Shown: piece by piece, positions 20,072 through 29,304 of the stretch
Numbering within the stretch: the stretch's first letter is position 1
Layout: the number at the start of each line of letters is the position of its first letter
IMG/VR virus record: IMGVR_UViG_3300031134_000641
Length of the DNA: 64,000 nt
Direction: 5' to 3' (one strand)
Source: an uncultured virus (IMG/VR IMGVR_UViG_3300031134_000641)
Lineage: Duplodnaviria; Heunggongvirae; Uroviricota; Caudoviricetes
Made by a program: the position numbers and the translations under genes
Notes under the pieces: generated by a model
What the model saw: the letters and a program-made list of their open reading frames with translations, nothing else
The model's database searches: none
What the model was told of the DNA's origin: nothing

Positions 20072-20202
20072 ACTGAGGCTACCATATTTTTGTATGGTAG
20101 CCTCAGTTTTTTGTGTTGGGGGCACATTTTTTGCTGTTGGGATGGGTTTTTTGCAAGTTTTTTGAACTTTTTGGGGCAAAGTGGAGGAAAGTGGGGTTTT
20201 TT
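20072..20202. repeat. 15-bp inverted repeat followed by phased T-tracts
   Basis: ACTGAGGCTACCATA/TATGGTAGCCTCAGT; T5-6 runs starting 20087, 20107, 20127, 20147, 20158, 20168, 20197. Confidence 0.7.
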
Positions 20203-20270
20203 GCCGATAGGTGTTGTTAGTAATTAAAAAGACGAAAACAGCGCTTTTCGTCTATGGAAGGACTTCAAAA

Positions 20271-20696
20271 ATGTGTCAAGCACAGCCGGGGCCGCGTTGC
20301 TACCCTGATACACGCAACAAGCTCGACCGCGCTCAAATTAAGATTAATGGCTTGAAGGATGACCTTAAGTCTTTGCGTTCTCAGCAGAGTAGGGCTGCTA
20401 AGAAGAACGATTTAGCTGGCTTTGGCCGTCTGAAGAAGAAGATTGAGACTACTTCTAAGAAAGTTAAGGCTCTTGAGGACGAGTACCGCTGGGATGAGCG
20501 GGACCTTTATGGTACGAAGACTGGTGCTGCTCAGTTACAGGAGCTTATGCGTAACGCTAAGTCTGATGCTGAGTATGAGCGTCTTCGCCTTCTTGGTGTT
20601 CAGGCTGAGGGTCAGCGTTTCATGCGCGAGCACGCGCTGTCTGTGAAGAAGTCTGGTTATGTACCTGCTATTCGTCTTGCTCAGAAGGCCGCTTAA
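20271..20696 (+). CDS. Basic coiled-coil protein with MCQxxxGPRC tag
   Basis: Start moved to 20271 (GGAAGGA SD); GCCGATAG at 20203-20210. Confidence 0.75.
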   Translation: MCQAQPGPRCYPDTRNKLDRAQIKINGLKDDLKSLRSQQSRAAKKNDLAGFGRLKKKIETTSKKVKALEDEYRWDERDLYGTKTGAAQLQELMRNAKSDAEYERLRLLGVQAEGQRFMREHALSVKKSGYVPAIRLAQKAA

Positions 20697-20801
20697 GGGT
20701 TTCTAAAAAACTTTTGTGGGGAGGGACACTTTTACAGTGTTTCTCCCCACTTTTGTGTTTTAACAGCCGATAGTCTTTTTAAAGACGAAAAAGGCTTAAA
20801 A

Positions 20802-21035
20802 ATGACTAATGATACAGGACGCCGGATTGTGCGTTTCAGTCTTGACTTGGATGTTGAGCAGAGGAACTTTCTGCGCCTTTACGCTTTGAAGAATGAAATT
20901 AACGCTTCAATCGTAATGAGGGCTATGATTTACATCCTTGAGACGGACCCTACGTTCTCTTCTCGTGTTATTGACGAGATTTTCATGGCACCTGAGGTTG
21001 AGGTTGATGACCTTGACGATGACGAAGAACTTTAA
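20802..21035 (+). CDS. Small ribbon-helix-helix-like DNA-binding protein
   Basis: VRFSLDL beta strand plus two helices; acidic tail; GCCGATAG at 20766-20773. Confidence 0.55.
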   Translation: MTNDTGRRIVRFSLDLDVEQRNFLRLYALKNEINASIVMRAMIYILETDPTFSSRVIDEIFMAPEVEVDDLDDDEEL

Positions 21036-21214
21036 TCTCGTTTCTTTGCTGCCTTAGGCTGGCTCGTAGCACACTGAACCCTGCTTTATCTGACTGTTAC
21101 CCGAAATATCCAGGAAACAGTCAGGTTCGCAGGGTTTTCGTGTTGCCATCGCCATTTATGGCCGATACTTTTGGTAGATGTATGTTATGATGAGTGGGAA
21201 AGGTTAGTATATTT

Positions 21215-22366
21215 ATGGCACGAGAAAAGAAGAACGCTCCGGAGATTGTTACGCTCGGTGAGCTACTATCAGGGGAGAAAGATCTTGTTGACGATGAAAC
21301 TACCGACGAAAAAGAAGTTGAGCCTGTTGCTCCTAAGTCTCGTCGCAGTCGGAAGCCTGCTCAGACTGCTGGTACACCTGAAATAGTTGAGGGTACCACC
21401 AGTGAACTGAACTCTCCTCTTCCGTGGGTGTTTGAGGGTTCAGCTGCTCCTACCACTTCTGGTGCAATTCAGGTTGAGCCTGTGGAGCCTAGTTACACTC
21501 GTGACACAACTGACCACTACTTTGAGGAGAACACTGTGACTGCCACCAATGATAACTCTGATGTTAAACCTGCGCCTGCTGACGCGGGTGAGGTTGTCTC
21601 TGTTGAGACTGTCGGTGACGCCCCTGTGCGACCCGCTGAGGAGATTAAACCTGCGGCTAGGAGAGGTCGTAAGCCTAAGGCTGCTGCGGCCCCTGCGGAG
21701 CCGGTGGAGGTCGCTGACGCTGTAGTATCGGAGCCTGCTCCAACTGTGGTTCTGCCTGCTGTGGCTGATGGTACCACCACGGAGACAAAAGAGGGTACTG
21801 ACTCTAATGCAGACACAGAAGTGTTTGAGGGGCAGGTACCATCTGATAAGGACGAACCGTTCATTCCTGACAGCAGTGACTCTTCCTCTGAGGAGTTCAT
21901 CTCCTCTAAGTCTGCGCCAACATTTGGTGGCTCCGCTGAGGCTGTAGCTAACGACTCTGGCGCTGAGCGTGTTGTAGTTGAAGAGAACCGCGCTTTCGCT
22001 GCTGGCAGTGAGCAGAAGCAGGGTCCCTCTGAACCTGTAGGACCAGACTACTTCCCTGAGAAGACTTCCTGGTTCTCTTCTCCTTCAGCACCTAAGCAGA
22101 AGCGACCTTGGATGATTACTTCCTATGTGCTGAACATTGCGGCTCTCCTTGGGTTGCTTGGTTTGCCTACGGGTCTTCTGTCTGTTGCTGCTCTTATCGC
22201 TGGTTTCATTTCTTTGAGCAAGCGTGAAGAACCACGTAAGGCTGGTTGGATTACTACACTGTTCGCTGGTTTGAGTCTCATTGTCCACTTCCTTGCGTTC
22301 ATCATAATCGCCATCATTGGTCTGATTGCTTTGGTGTTCGGGGTTCTGTTGAACACAGGTTCATGA
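21215..22366 (+). CDS. Acidic low-complexity protein with C-terminal TM helices
   Basis: E/P/A/T-rich N-terminus, hydrophobic C-terminus; start 21194 or 21215 uncertain. Confidence 0.75.
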   Translation: MAREKKNAPEIVTLGELLSGEKDLVDDETTDEKEVEPVAPKSRRSRKPAQTAGTPEIVEGTTSELNSPLPWVFEGSAAPTTSGAIQVEPVEPSYTRDTTDHYFEENTVTATNDNSDVKPAPADAGEVVSVETVGDAPVRPAEEIKPAARRGRKPKAAAAPAEPVEVADAVVSEPAPTVVLPAVADGTTTETKEGTDSNADTEVFEGQVPSDKDEPFIPDSSDSSSEEFISSKSAPTFGGSAEAVANDSGAERVVVEENRAFAAGSEQKQGPSEPVGPDYFPEKTSWFSSPSAPKQKRPWMITSYVLNIAALLGLLGLPTGLLSVAALIAGFISLSKREEPRKAGWITTLFAGLSLIVHFLAFIIIAIIGLIALVFGVLLNTGS

Positions 22367-22380
22367 GCTTAGCTTGTTGA

Positions 22381-22416
22381 AGTAAGGGGAGGTAGCTTCG
22401 GTTATCTCCCCTTACT
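22381..22416 (+). terminator. Intrinsic terminator-like hairpin
   Basis: AGTAAGGGGAGGTAGC-TTCG-GTTATCTCCCCTTACT. Confidence 0.75.
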
Positions 22417-22419
22417 GGT

Positions 22420-22448
22420 TTGACACGAGGTTTTTTCCCTGCTATAGT
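22420..22448 (+). promoter_or_regulatory. Housekeeping-type promoter
   Basis: TTGACA-N17-TATAGT with TG extension. Confidence 0.75.
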
Positions 22449-22494
22449 TGGTTTTGTTCTTGTTTAACCTTCTATCTTCGCACTGGAGAAACTT

Positions 22495-23091
22495 ATGTCT
22501 GATTCTGCTATTGACCCGACCGCTGACCGTCGCAATGTTGCTGACGAGTTCAAGGGTATGACCACTGATGCGATTCGTCTTGCCATGCAGGAGCGTCGTG
22601 TCCCGGCTGTGAACGTTGCGATGAACCTCACGCATGACTTCAACAAGTCGGCTGTTCTCCGCGCCCACAACGCTTTCGCTTTCCGTGAGTTCACGCTGGT
22701 GAACAAGGTCAACGACCAGGACCCTGAGAACCCTGAGGGTGTGAAGCGTTGGGACAAGCGCGGTGCGGTTGGTATGAACCACTATGAGCAGATTCGTCAC
22801 ACGGTTGACGGTCTTGGTCTCATTGCTGAGTACAAGGCTGAGGGCTACCATGTCTATGCTGTTGACAACACTGCTGGTTACGACCCGAAGCCCATCTACG
22901 ACGTGGTCATGCCTGAGAAGAGCGTGTTCGTGTACGGTGAGGAAGGCCCTGGTCTGACTCAGGAGATGATTGAGGCATGTGATGAGATGATTTACATTCC
23001 CCAGTTCGGTGTTGTCCGTTCGCTGAACATCAGCCAGGCTGCTGCTGTGGTCATGTACGAGTACAGCCGCCAGCACCGCCCTACCCTCTGA
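22495..23091 (+). CDS. TrmH/SpoU-family RNA methyltransferase
   Basis: N..AVLR, VYGEEGPGL, IYIPQFG..RSLNISQAAAV SPOUT motifs. Confidence 0.9.
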   Translation: MSDSAIDPTADRRNVADEFKGMTTDAIRLAMQERRVPAVNVAMNLTHDFNKSAVLRAHNAFAFREFTLVNKVNDQDPENPEGVKRWDKRGAVGMNHYEQIRHTVDGLGLIAEYKAEGYHVYAVDNTAGYDPKPIYDVVMPEKSVFVYGEEGPGLTQEMIEACDEMIYIPQFGVVRSLNISQAAAVVMYEYSRQHRPTL

Positions 23092-23202
23092 CTTGCACAT
23101 AAGTGAAGCTGCAACTTTGTTGTTTAAATGAGTTGCAGCTTCATGTGTTTTTGAGGTCTATTTTGTGGTAGAATTAGTGTAACATTTTGGAGAAAATTTT
23201 TT

Positions 23203-25068
23203 ATGGGTGACATGGTTTACGAGGAGCTACCGTTCTCCGGTTTGGAGCATGCGGAAAAGCCTCTTCTTACTAGCTGGGAGAGCGACCGTAAGCATGTCCT
23301 TCTAGTTGGCAATGATATTGTCACTTACATGGTTAAAGGGCTGCGTAAGGCAACATCTAAAACAGGTAAGCCTTGGACTAAGTGGGAGGATATTAGTGTC
23401 ACACGTTTCAGTCTGAGGCCTGTGAAGGATGGTTCTCGTCGGCTGAACGTGTACGGACGCAAGCGAGTTGCTATGGGTAGGTGGGGTTCGTTCCGTAACC
23501 TGTCTCCTGCTGCTGACAGTCTCGTTGATTACATTCCTATCTCACATTTTGCTAGGGTGTTCTCTGAGGTCAACACCATGGTTGAGCGTGTGACTGGTTC
23601 CCCTGCCAAAGTTTCTTTTTCTGAGGCGCTGGCTGGGCATGAGTCTTTGCTGTCCTCTACTCCGAAGTCTCTGTCTGAGTTGAACGACCAAATTAGTGCT
23701 ACTCGCCTTGAAAACCTGAAGAAGGCAGCTGAGAACCCGGGCGAATACATCGTTGAGGTTATGGAGAGCATGGGTGAACTGTATGAGCAGGCTGCTGGCC
23801 TCCGCGAAGCATATCAGGTCATAGTTCTTGACGCTGCAAAGTTTTTGACTGCATGGCTTTCTAAAGTCATTTACCCTATGCTACCTGACGATCTTTCTGA
23901 TGTTCTCACCAGTGATGGTGGCTGGTGGCATATCTCTCCTGTTCTCACAGATTTCTTCCGCGCTGAATCCCGGGAGGAGTACACCAGTAAGGTTGTTGGT
24001 GCACGAAACAGCAGAATGCCAGCAGTTGTTGACACTGTCATGTCTTTGAAGCCCCATGAGGCTGCTTTTTTGAGGGTCTTCAAGCCGCTGCTTACCCCTG
24101 AGTTGGTTACACAGTTCAAAAAGTCTCTTTCAGATAGAGCACTTTTTAGTGCGGATAGCTCTTCTGACGGTATGGAAAGAGACTCTTCAGGAAAAATTCC
24201 TTTCTACTACAGTCCTCTACAGGTTGTAGATAACATCAAACGACTGTCTGATCTTGCTTCCCCGGTGACTAAGGTTAACGTGCTTCTCACTTATGCTAAG
24301 CATAACAGCCACCGTGCAAGTGTTGTTGTGAACACATTTAAGTCCATCCCCAAACGTGAGTGGGATAATCTCCGTGGTAGTATCAACGCTTTCTGTGCAG
24401 ATGACTTCATCTCTGAGGCTTTAGAGGCAACACATATTGAAAAGTCTCCTGAGTTTAACGAGCAAGAAAAAGAGGCTATCTTTACTATTTTGGAGTCTAG
24501 AGGATACCGTGAGCTTTTTGTCAAAAACAAACAAAGTATCACTGTCAATAACGTCTACGGTGGTAAACGCAATGAGAGTGTGTGGTTCTGTGGAGGGCGT
24601 TATGCTGTTCAGCAGATGAATCGCTCGCTGACTTACTTTGATGCTATGAAATACCACAAAGACAACCCTACTTATGAGGCGGCTTTGAAGAGCCTTCCTA
24701 CTGACTCTCATGGTAGGTACAGCGAAGCGTACATGTCTTCAGAGTATTTCATTGATTTTGTGGATGCTTTGTCAGCTAAAGCTGGCACTCTTTTGAAGAA
24801 GCATAAAGTGAGTCAGCGCAAAGAGAACCGTGTTAAACTTATGAATATCATGTTGACTTTGAACTTAGGTTTTGGTTCTTCAATAGAATACTCAAAGCTT
24901 CCAGAGCGTTTGTTTGATTTTCTTGGGGCAGGTTACTCTGTTGACACTATCCTTCTTCTGATGCAGACTAAGCTTTCTGGTCAGGTGGCTCATGATGCTG
25001 CTGCTATGCCTCCGTCATGGTTCGTTAAAGTCAACGGTATCCCCAGCCCCGGTAAGCCTTGGTTCTGA
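23203..25068 (+). CDS. Hypothetical protein, paralog family B
   Basis: WEDISVTRFS..RRLNVY N-domain; LTLNLGFG..PER..GYSVD..MQT..MP..WF C-domain. Confidence 0.85.
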   Translation: MGDMVYEELPFSGLEHAEKPLLTSWESDRKHVLLVGNDIVTYMVKGLRKATSKTGKPWTKWEDISVTRFSLRPVKDGSRRLNVYGRKRVAMGRWGSFRNLSPAADSLVDYIPISHFARVFSEVNTMVERVTGSPAKVSFSEALAGHESLLSSTPKSLSELNDQISATRLENLKKAAENPGEYIVEVMESMGELYEQAAGLREAYQVIVLDAAKFLTAWLSKVIYPMLPDDLSDVLTSDGGWWHISPVLTDFFRAESREEYTSKVVGARNSRMPAVVDTVMSLKPHEAAFLRVFKPLLTPELVTQFKKSLSDRALFSADSSSDGMERDSSGKIPFYYSPLQVVDNIKRLSDLASPVTKVNVLLTYAKHNSHRASVVVNTFKSIPKREWDNLRGSINAFCADDFISEALEATHIEKSPEFNEQEKEAIFTILESRGYRELFVKNKQSITVNNVYGGKRNESVWFCGGRYAVQQMNRSLTYFDAMKYHKDNPTYEAALKSLPTDSHGRYSEAYMSSEYFIDFVDALSAKAGTLLKKHKVSQRKENRVKLMNIMLTLNLGFGSSIEYSKLPERLFDFLGAGYSVDTILLLMQTKLSGQVAHDAAAMPPSWFVKVNGIPSPGKPWF

Positions 25069-25111
25069 TTTTATGGTAGAATTGTTGAACACTGAAAAGA
25101 AAACTTTGATT

Positions 25112-26806
25112 ATGTCTGAGCATGTTTACCGAGAGATACTGGACCCTGTTCCTGGTTCCACAGAAAGCCCACCTGTGACCTCATGGGAGGATGAGGAGAT
25201 CGGACGGAAGCACCTGTTCATTATCTCACATGACACTGTAGCGTACATGGTGCGCGCTCTGAGAAAAAGTCCTCCTACAGCTAAGAAACCATGGTCCCGA
25301 TGGGAGGACCTTAGTGTTGTCCGCTTCAGCATGAAACCAACTAAAAGTGGTGAGCGTAGACTCAACGTTTACTCTCGCCGCCGTAAGTCAACCGGTGGTT
25401 GGTTGGCTTTTCATAACACAACCAACTATATTGCTGACTTGAAAACCTATATCCCCGACTCACATTTGATTACTGTTTTCACCGAAGTTAATACAATGCT
25501 TGAGCGGGTAACTGGTGCGCCAGTAGAACCCAGCTTTGAGAAAGCATGTGAGCTTGAGAAAGCTAACACAGACTCTAAGGCTGTAGGTAAAGCTGTGCAC
25601 CAGTGGGCTACCCATGTGGCTTACCCCATGTGGCCTGGTCCAGTTAAAGTTGACCCCAGCACCTCTTTCCTGGGCGCTCACGAAGAGTTTTTAGCTAAGC
25701 ATGTCTCCGGTGTTGTCACTGACTTATACCGTTCTAGAACCCCTGAGGAGTACACTAAGAAAATTGTTGGAGTAAAGTCTTACTCTGAACGTGTTGTCCC
25801 TGCTGTGATTGCTTTGCCACCTGAGACAGCAAGTTTTCTGCGTATCTTTAAAGCTGTTTTGACTCCTGATTTACTGGATGAGTTTCTTTCTACAGCTAGT
25901 TCAAAAAACTTCCTTTCAACCTCAGGTGATTCTTATGGCTCTCCTTATGTAGGAAAGTATGAGTATCTTAGCTATTTCCGTAAGATAGTGTACTTTGCTT
26001 CTAAGGAAACTAAAGTCATGATACTCAAAGAGTACCAGCACTCTACGACAACTAAGCTACCTAATTTGTCTTTCAAAATTCAGCGTATCCCCGCTAAGGT
26101 GCTCAAGAAGATGGAGAACAGTGTTGAAGGTTCCTCCTGGACGCAGTTTATTGAACGTATAGTAGATAAAGTGAATGCTAAGTCCACTCTTGAACAGCAT
26201 GAGGAGAACTTCCTTAAGAATGTGGAAGTGTTCGCTAAGTACCCTCTTGGTGGTGGTTTTGTAATTACTAATACTGCCATCAAAGTTGACAGTAGATTTA
26301 CTAAGTCTGAGGATATTTGGAGTTATAGCAAGTATCAGCAGTATGTTTGTGGTGCTTTCTCTCTGCCTGTAGACGGTTTCCCTAAAACCAATTTTGTGCT
26401 CACCGCTGCTAAAGAGAGCTTCCCCTATTCTAGAGGTTCAGTGTCTTCTGAGTTTCTTCAGCCTGAGCATTTTGAAATGTTCATATCGAAGATGCACACT
26501 AAAGTTGTGAGGCTTCTCACTGCTAACCGCGTGGCTAGGACTAACGAGAACATGGGCACATTAACTGCGGTTATGCTTGTCCTTAACCTAGGCTTGGGTG
26601 GTAGCTTACAATACCGTGCTATTCCTTCACGTGTGTACGCTTTCATCCGGAAAGGTTACACTGTTGACCAAATTGTTTTGCTTCTGCAAACAAAGCTAAT
26701 TGGTCAGGAAGCTGAGGAGGCGATTCAGATGCCTGAATCATGGTTTACTAAGATGTTTGACATACGTTTAGCTGCATTGGATCGCAATGGAATCCTTGAC
26801 TTCTAA
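25112..26806 (+). CDS. Hypothetical protein, paralog family B
   Basis: WEDLSVVRFS..RRLNVY; LVLNLGLG..IPSRVYAFIRKGYT; start placed at MSEHVY by alignment. Confidence 0.85.
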   Translation: MSEHVYREILDPVPGSTESPPVTSWEDEEIGRKHLFIISHDTVAYMVRALRKSPPTAKKPWSRWEDLSVVRFSMKPTKSGERRLNVYSRRRKSTGGWLAFHNTTNYIADLKTYIPDSHLITVFTEVNTMLERVTGAPVEPSFEKACELEKANTDSKAVGKAVHQWATHVAYPMWPGPVKVDPSTSFLGAHEEFLAKHVSGVVTDLYRSRTPEEYTKKIVGVKSYSERVVPAVIALPPETASFLRIFKAVLTPDLLDEFLSTASSKNFLSTSGDSYGSPYVGKYEYLSYFRKIVYFASKETKVMILKEYQHSTTTKLPNLSFKIQRIPAKVLKKMENSVEGSSWTQFIERIVDKVNAKSTLEQHEENFLKNVEVFAKYPLGGGFVITNTAIKVDSRFTKSEDIWSYSKYQQYVCGAFSLPVDGFPKTNFVLTAAKESFPYSRGSVSSEFLQPEHFEMFISKMHTKVVRLLTANRVARTNENMGTLTAVMLVLNLGLGGSLQYRAIPSRVYAFIRKGYTVDQIVLLLQTKLIGQEAEEAIQMPESWFTKMFDIRLAALDRNGILDF

Positions 26807-28484
26807 GCATGAGACAGCTGAGGTTGTCGGAGTTGAAGGCGGCAACGGCAGTATCATTTATGTGATGCCACCTTTCACAGAGAACAGTCCTTTGGCTTTC
26901 CGTTCATCTGGAGAGACTAGGACTCTGATTATTAAAACTGAAGAGACCCTGTCGTACATTGTTCAGTCTAAACAGAAAACTAAGCCATCCGCTAAGGTAC
27001 GTGAAGTGTGGGCGGACAGGATTGTGTTTAGGGTTAGTTTCAAGCTGACTAAGAAGAACGAGCGGCGTATCAACTTCTATGGTAAATACAGAGGAAATGG
27101 CAGGTGGGATCCTTACCGCAACCTGACAAACAACCTAGGCACCATCGTAAGCTCCTACCTTTCATGGGATGACGCTCCTACGTTTGCTGTTATGTTTAGT
27201 AAAATGCATGAGCGGTTCTTTGGCGAACCCGCCTACGGTGTTGCCTCTGATGATCAACTGTGGGATGGTTTAGACCAGGTGTCCAAGACCTTTATGTACT
27301 CTGCTTATCCTGCGTTACAGTTTTTGCCTGAGTTTAAAGAAAACGAAGATGGTCCTACGTCCATTAGCATATCATTAACTGAGTTGTATCGCTCACGTAG
27401 TAAAGAGGAGTATGCAAAGAAAGCACTTGGTGCACGCATGTACTCTCCTGAGCTTGTAGATAAAGTGGTTAACCTAAAACCCGGTGCTGTTTCTTATTTG
27501 ATGAACTTTCGTAAGTCTTTCACTAGAGAAGTAGTTGATGAGTTCCTGTCCTCTAAAAAGGATGAAGATTACCTTACTGAGAGACAACGCATACATAAAC
27601 TACAGTCTACTTTCTCTGACTACTCTTACAGGGAGTATCTTAAACCCATGCTAAGGTTCTGTGACACCAAAACACAGCAGATGGTACTCCTGCATGATAT
27701 CTCTAAGCCGTTTAAAGCTAAAGGCCTTGAACTTGTCCAGTCTCCTCAAGAGGATGTGAAACATCTTTATGGAAGTATCTCTGCAACCAGTATGGAGGAG
27801 CTAAGTGGCAAGCTCGCTAAACTGAGTGGTAAAGCGCAACGGAACAAGAACATTGCCGACCATGAGGCAGTTATCCGCGCTTTCATGGAGACACCTGAAG
27901 CGTCAATTTATTTTGTAAACCCTAACTCTCCAGCAACTTTACAGGTCAACAACACTTATGCTCTCAGTTCAGATATTGTAAGCTACGAGAAATACCCTAA
28001 CTTCTCTTATGAGATGGTGATGGCTTGGTATGATAACAAAAATCCGTTGCAAAAAATTATCTTTGACACGCTTAAACCCGCAATCAACAGGCATAGTGGA
28101 GGGTTTGCAAATAGAACTTCTTATCCTGGAATTGCAGACTATTTGAAGGTAGAGCATCTACAAGATTTCACCCGCCAGGTGAATACTTTAGCTAAAAACC
28201 TTCTCCGAAGGCATAGGGTCACTACGTCCGAGAGCAATGTAAACTGCTTGAGCAGTGTCTTGCTTACTGCCACCATGGTAAACAACTACGATTACCCTCC
28301 GATGACTGTATTTCCTCAGAGAGTCTATGATTACATTGGGGCTGGCATGGGAGCAGATGACGTTCTGTTTCTCATGCAAACTAATTTGGAGCTAGATGAA
28401 GCTAAGGAAGCAATTAGTTTACCTAAGAATTTTCTGTACAAAATGTACGACATTGTCGACCCTGATGCTATACATGAAAGGTAA
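26787..28484 (+). CDS. Hypothetical protein, paralog family B
   Basis: RRINFYG, LTELYRSRSKEEY, PQRVYDYIGAG..LMQT. Confidence 0.85.
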   Translation: MESLTSKHETAEVVGVEGGNGSIIYVMPPFTENSPLAFRSSGETRTLIIKTEETLSYIVQSKQKTKPSAKVREVWADRIVFRVSFKLTKKNERRINFYGKYRGNGRWDPYRNLTNNLGTIVSSYLSWDDAPTFAVMFSKMHERFFGEPAYGVASDDQLWDGLDQVSKTFMYSAYPALQFLPEFKENEDGPTSISISLTELYRSRSKEEYAKKALGARMYSPELVDKVVNLKPGAVSYLMNFRKSFTREVVDEFLSSKKDEDYLTERQRIHKLQSTFSDYSYREYLKPMLRFCDTKTQQMVLLHDISKPFKAKGLELVQSPQEDVKHLYGSISATSMEELSGKLAKLSGKAQRNKNIADHEAVIRAFMETPEASIYFVNPNSPATLQVNNTYALSSDIVSYEKYPNFSYEMVMAWYDNKNPLQKIIFDTLKPAINRHSGGFANRTSYPGIADYLKVEHLQDFTRQVNTLAKNLLRRHRVTTSESNVNCLSSVLLTATMVNNYDYPPMTVFPQRVYDYIGAGMGADDVLFLMQTNLELDEAKEAISLPKNFLYKMYDIVDPDAIHER

Positions 28485-28494
28485 CTACAGCTTA

Positions 28495-28543
28495 AAATGA
28501 AGTGTGGCCCAAGCTATAAACTAGCTTGGGCCACACTTCATTT
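28495..28543. terminator. Bidirectional hairpin
   Basis: 22-bp perfect arms, loop TAAAC; shares AAGTGTGGCCC with the 19288 hairpin. Confidence 0.8.
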
Positions 28544-28550
28544 AGTTTGT

Positions 28551-29126
28551 TCAGATTTTCTTGTAGAACCAGTAAACGTCATCGCCTTTTTCGTTGAGCA
28601 ACCATTTCTCGCCAAGGAACTGAGGGAAGTTGTCTGTGTCGCGCTCAACAAGGAAGCCTTCTTTAGCTAACAGGGACTCAAAGGGAACATCTGTTTTGTA
28701 GTTACCGAGGACAGTCTCCACACCCTGTTCGTGCAGTAGAGGCTCAATCTCGCTGAGGAGCCAGGTTGCGATACCCTGCTGACGGAAGCGTTCGTCTACA
28801 GCGATAACGTCAAGTGAGCTTACAGTGAAGAAGTCTTCTTTGTGAGGTGACTCCTCATTCATGTAAACATCCTGAGCTAAGCTAATTGGGGTGCAGGCCA
28901 TCACTGCTCCCACGATTCGTGAGTGCTTGCGGGCAACTAGAATGACTGTACGGTAAATCTCATCAAAACTTGTCATAGGTACAGCATCTTCCTCAACGAT
29001 GGGGAGGTTAGCTTTGAAGAATCTGCGCACTTCTTTGCGTTCCTTGTCTGAACGAGGCACACTAAGTGTGTAGTCGTCTTTTTTAGCATAGAAGTTACGG
29101 TGTAGAGGGTATGTGAGTTCTGTCAT
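28551..29126 (-). CDS. GNAT-family acetyltransferase
   Basis: IAVDERFRQQGIATWLL (motif A); TGG-TAAACT-N6-ATG. Confidence 0.85.
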   Translation of the reverse strand: MTELTYPLHRNFYAKKDDYTLSVPRSDKERKEVRRFFKANLPIVEEDAVPMTSFDEIYRTVILVARKHSRIVGAVMACTPISLAQDVYMNEESPHKEDFFTVSSLDVIAVDERFRQQGIATWLLSEIEPLLHEQGVETVLGNYKTDVPFESLLAKEGFLVERDTDNFPQFLGEKWLLNEKGDDVYWFYKKI

Positions 29127-29304
29127 AAGTTTAGTTTACCATTCAATTTGTTTTTGTCAGCGTTTTGACGCTGAATGTGGTGTTTTATCGGTTCGGAGGC
29201 TTATTGTATAGATTATACTGTGGGACAACCGAGAACCATCTGTGAAAAGCCGATAATATAGGTGTCTTCCGTTATAGATATGTCAAAGGAAACAAAATAA
29301 TCTC

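Noticed and set aside
21067..21145. SRP (4.5S) RNA
   Set aside because: Lacks the CAGG..GRAA..AGCA helix-8 arrangement on either strand
22402..23100. 232-aa antisense ORF and other nested ORFs (e.g. 17892-18569, 13818-14270, 3117-3596)
   Set aside because: Shadow frames of well-supported genes, favoured by codon bias; no motifs
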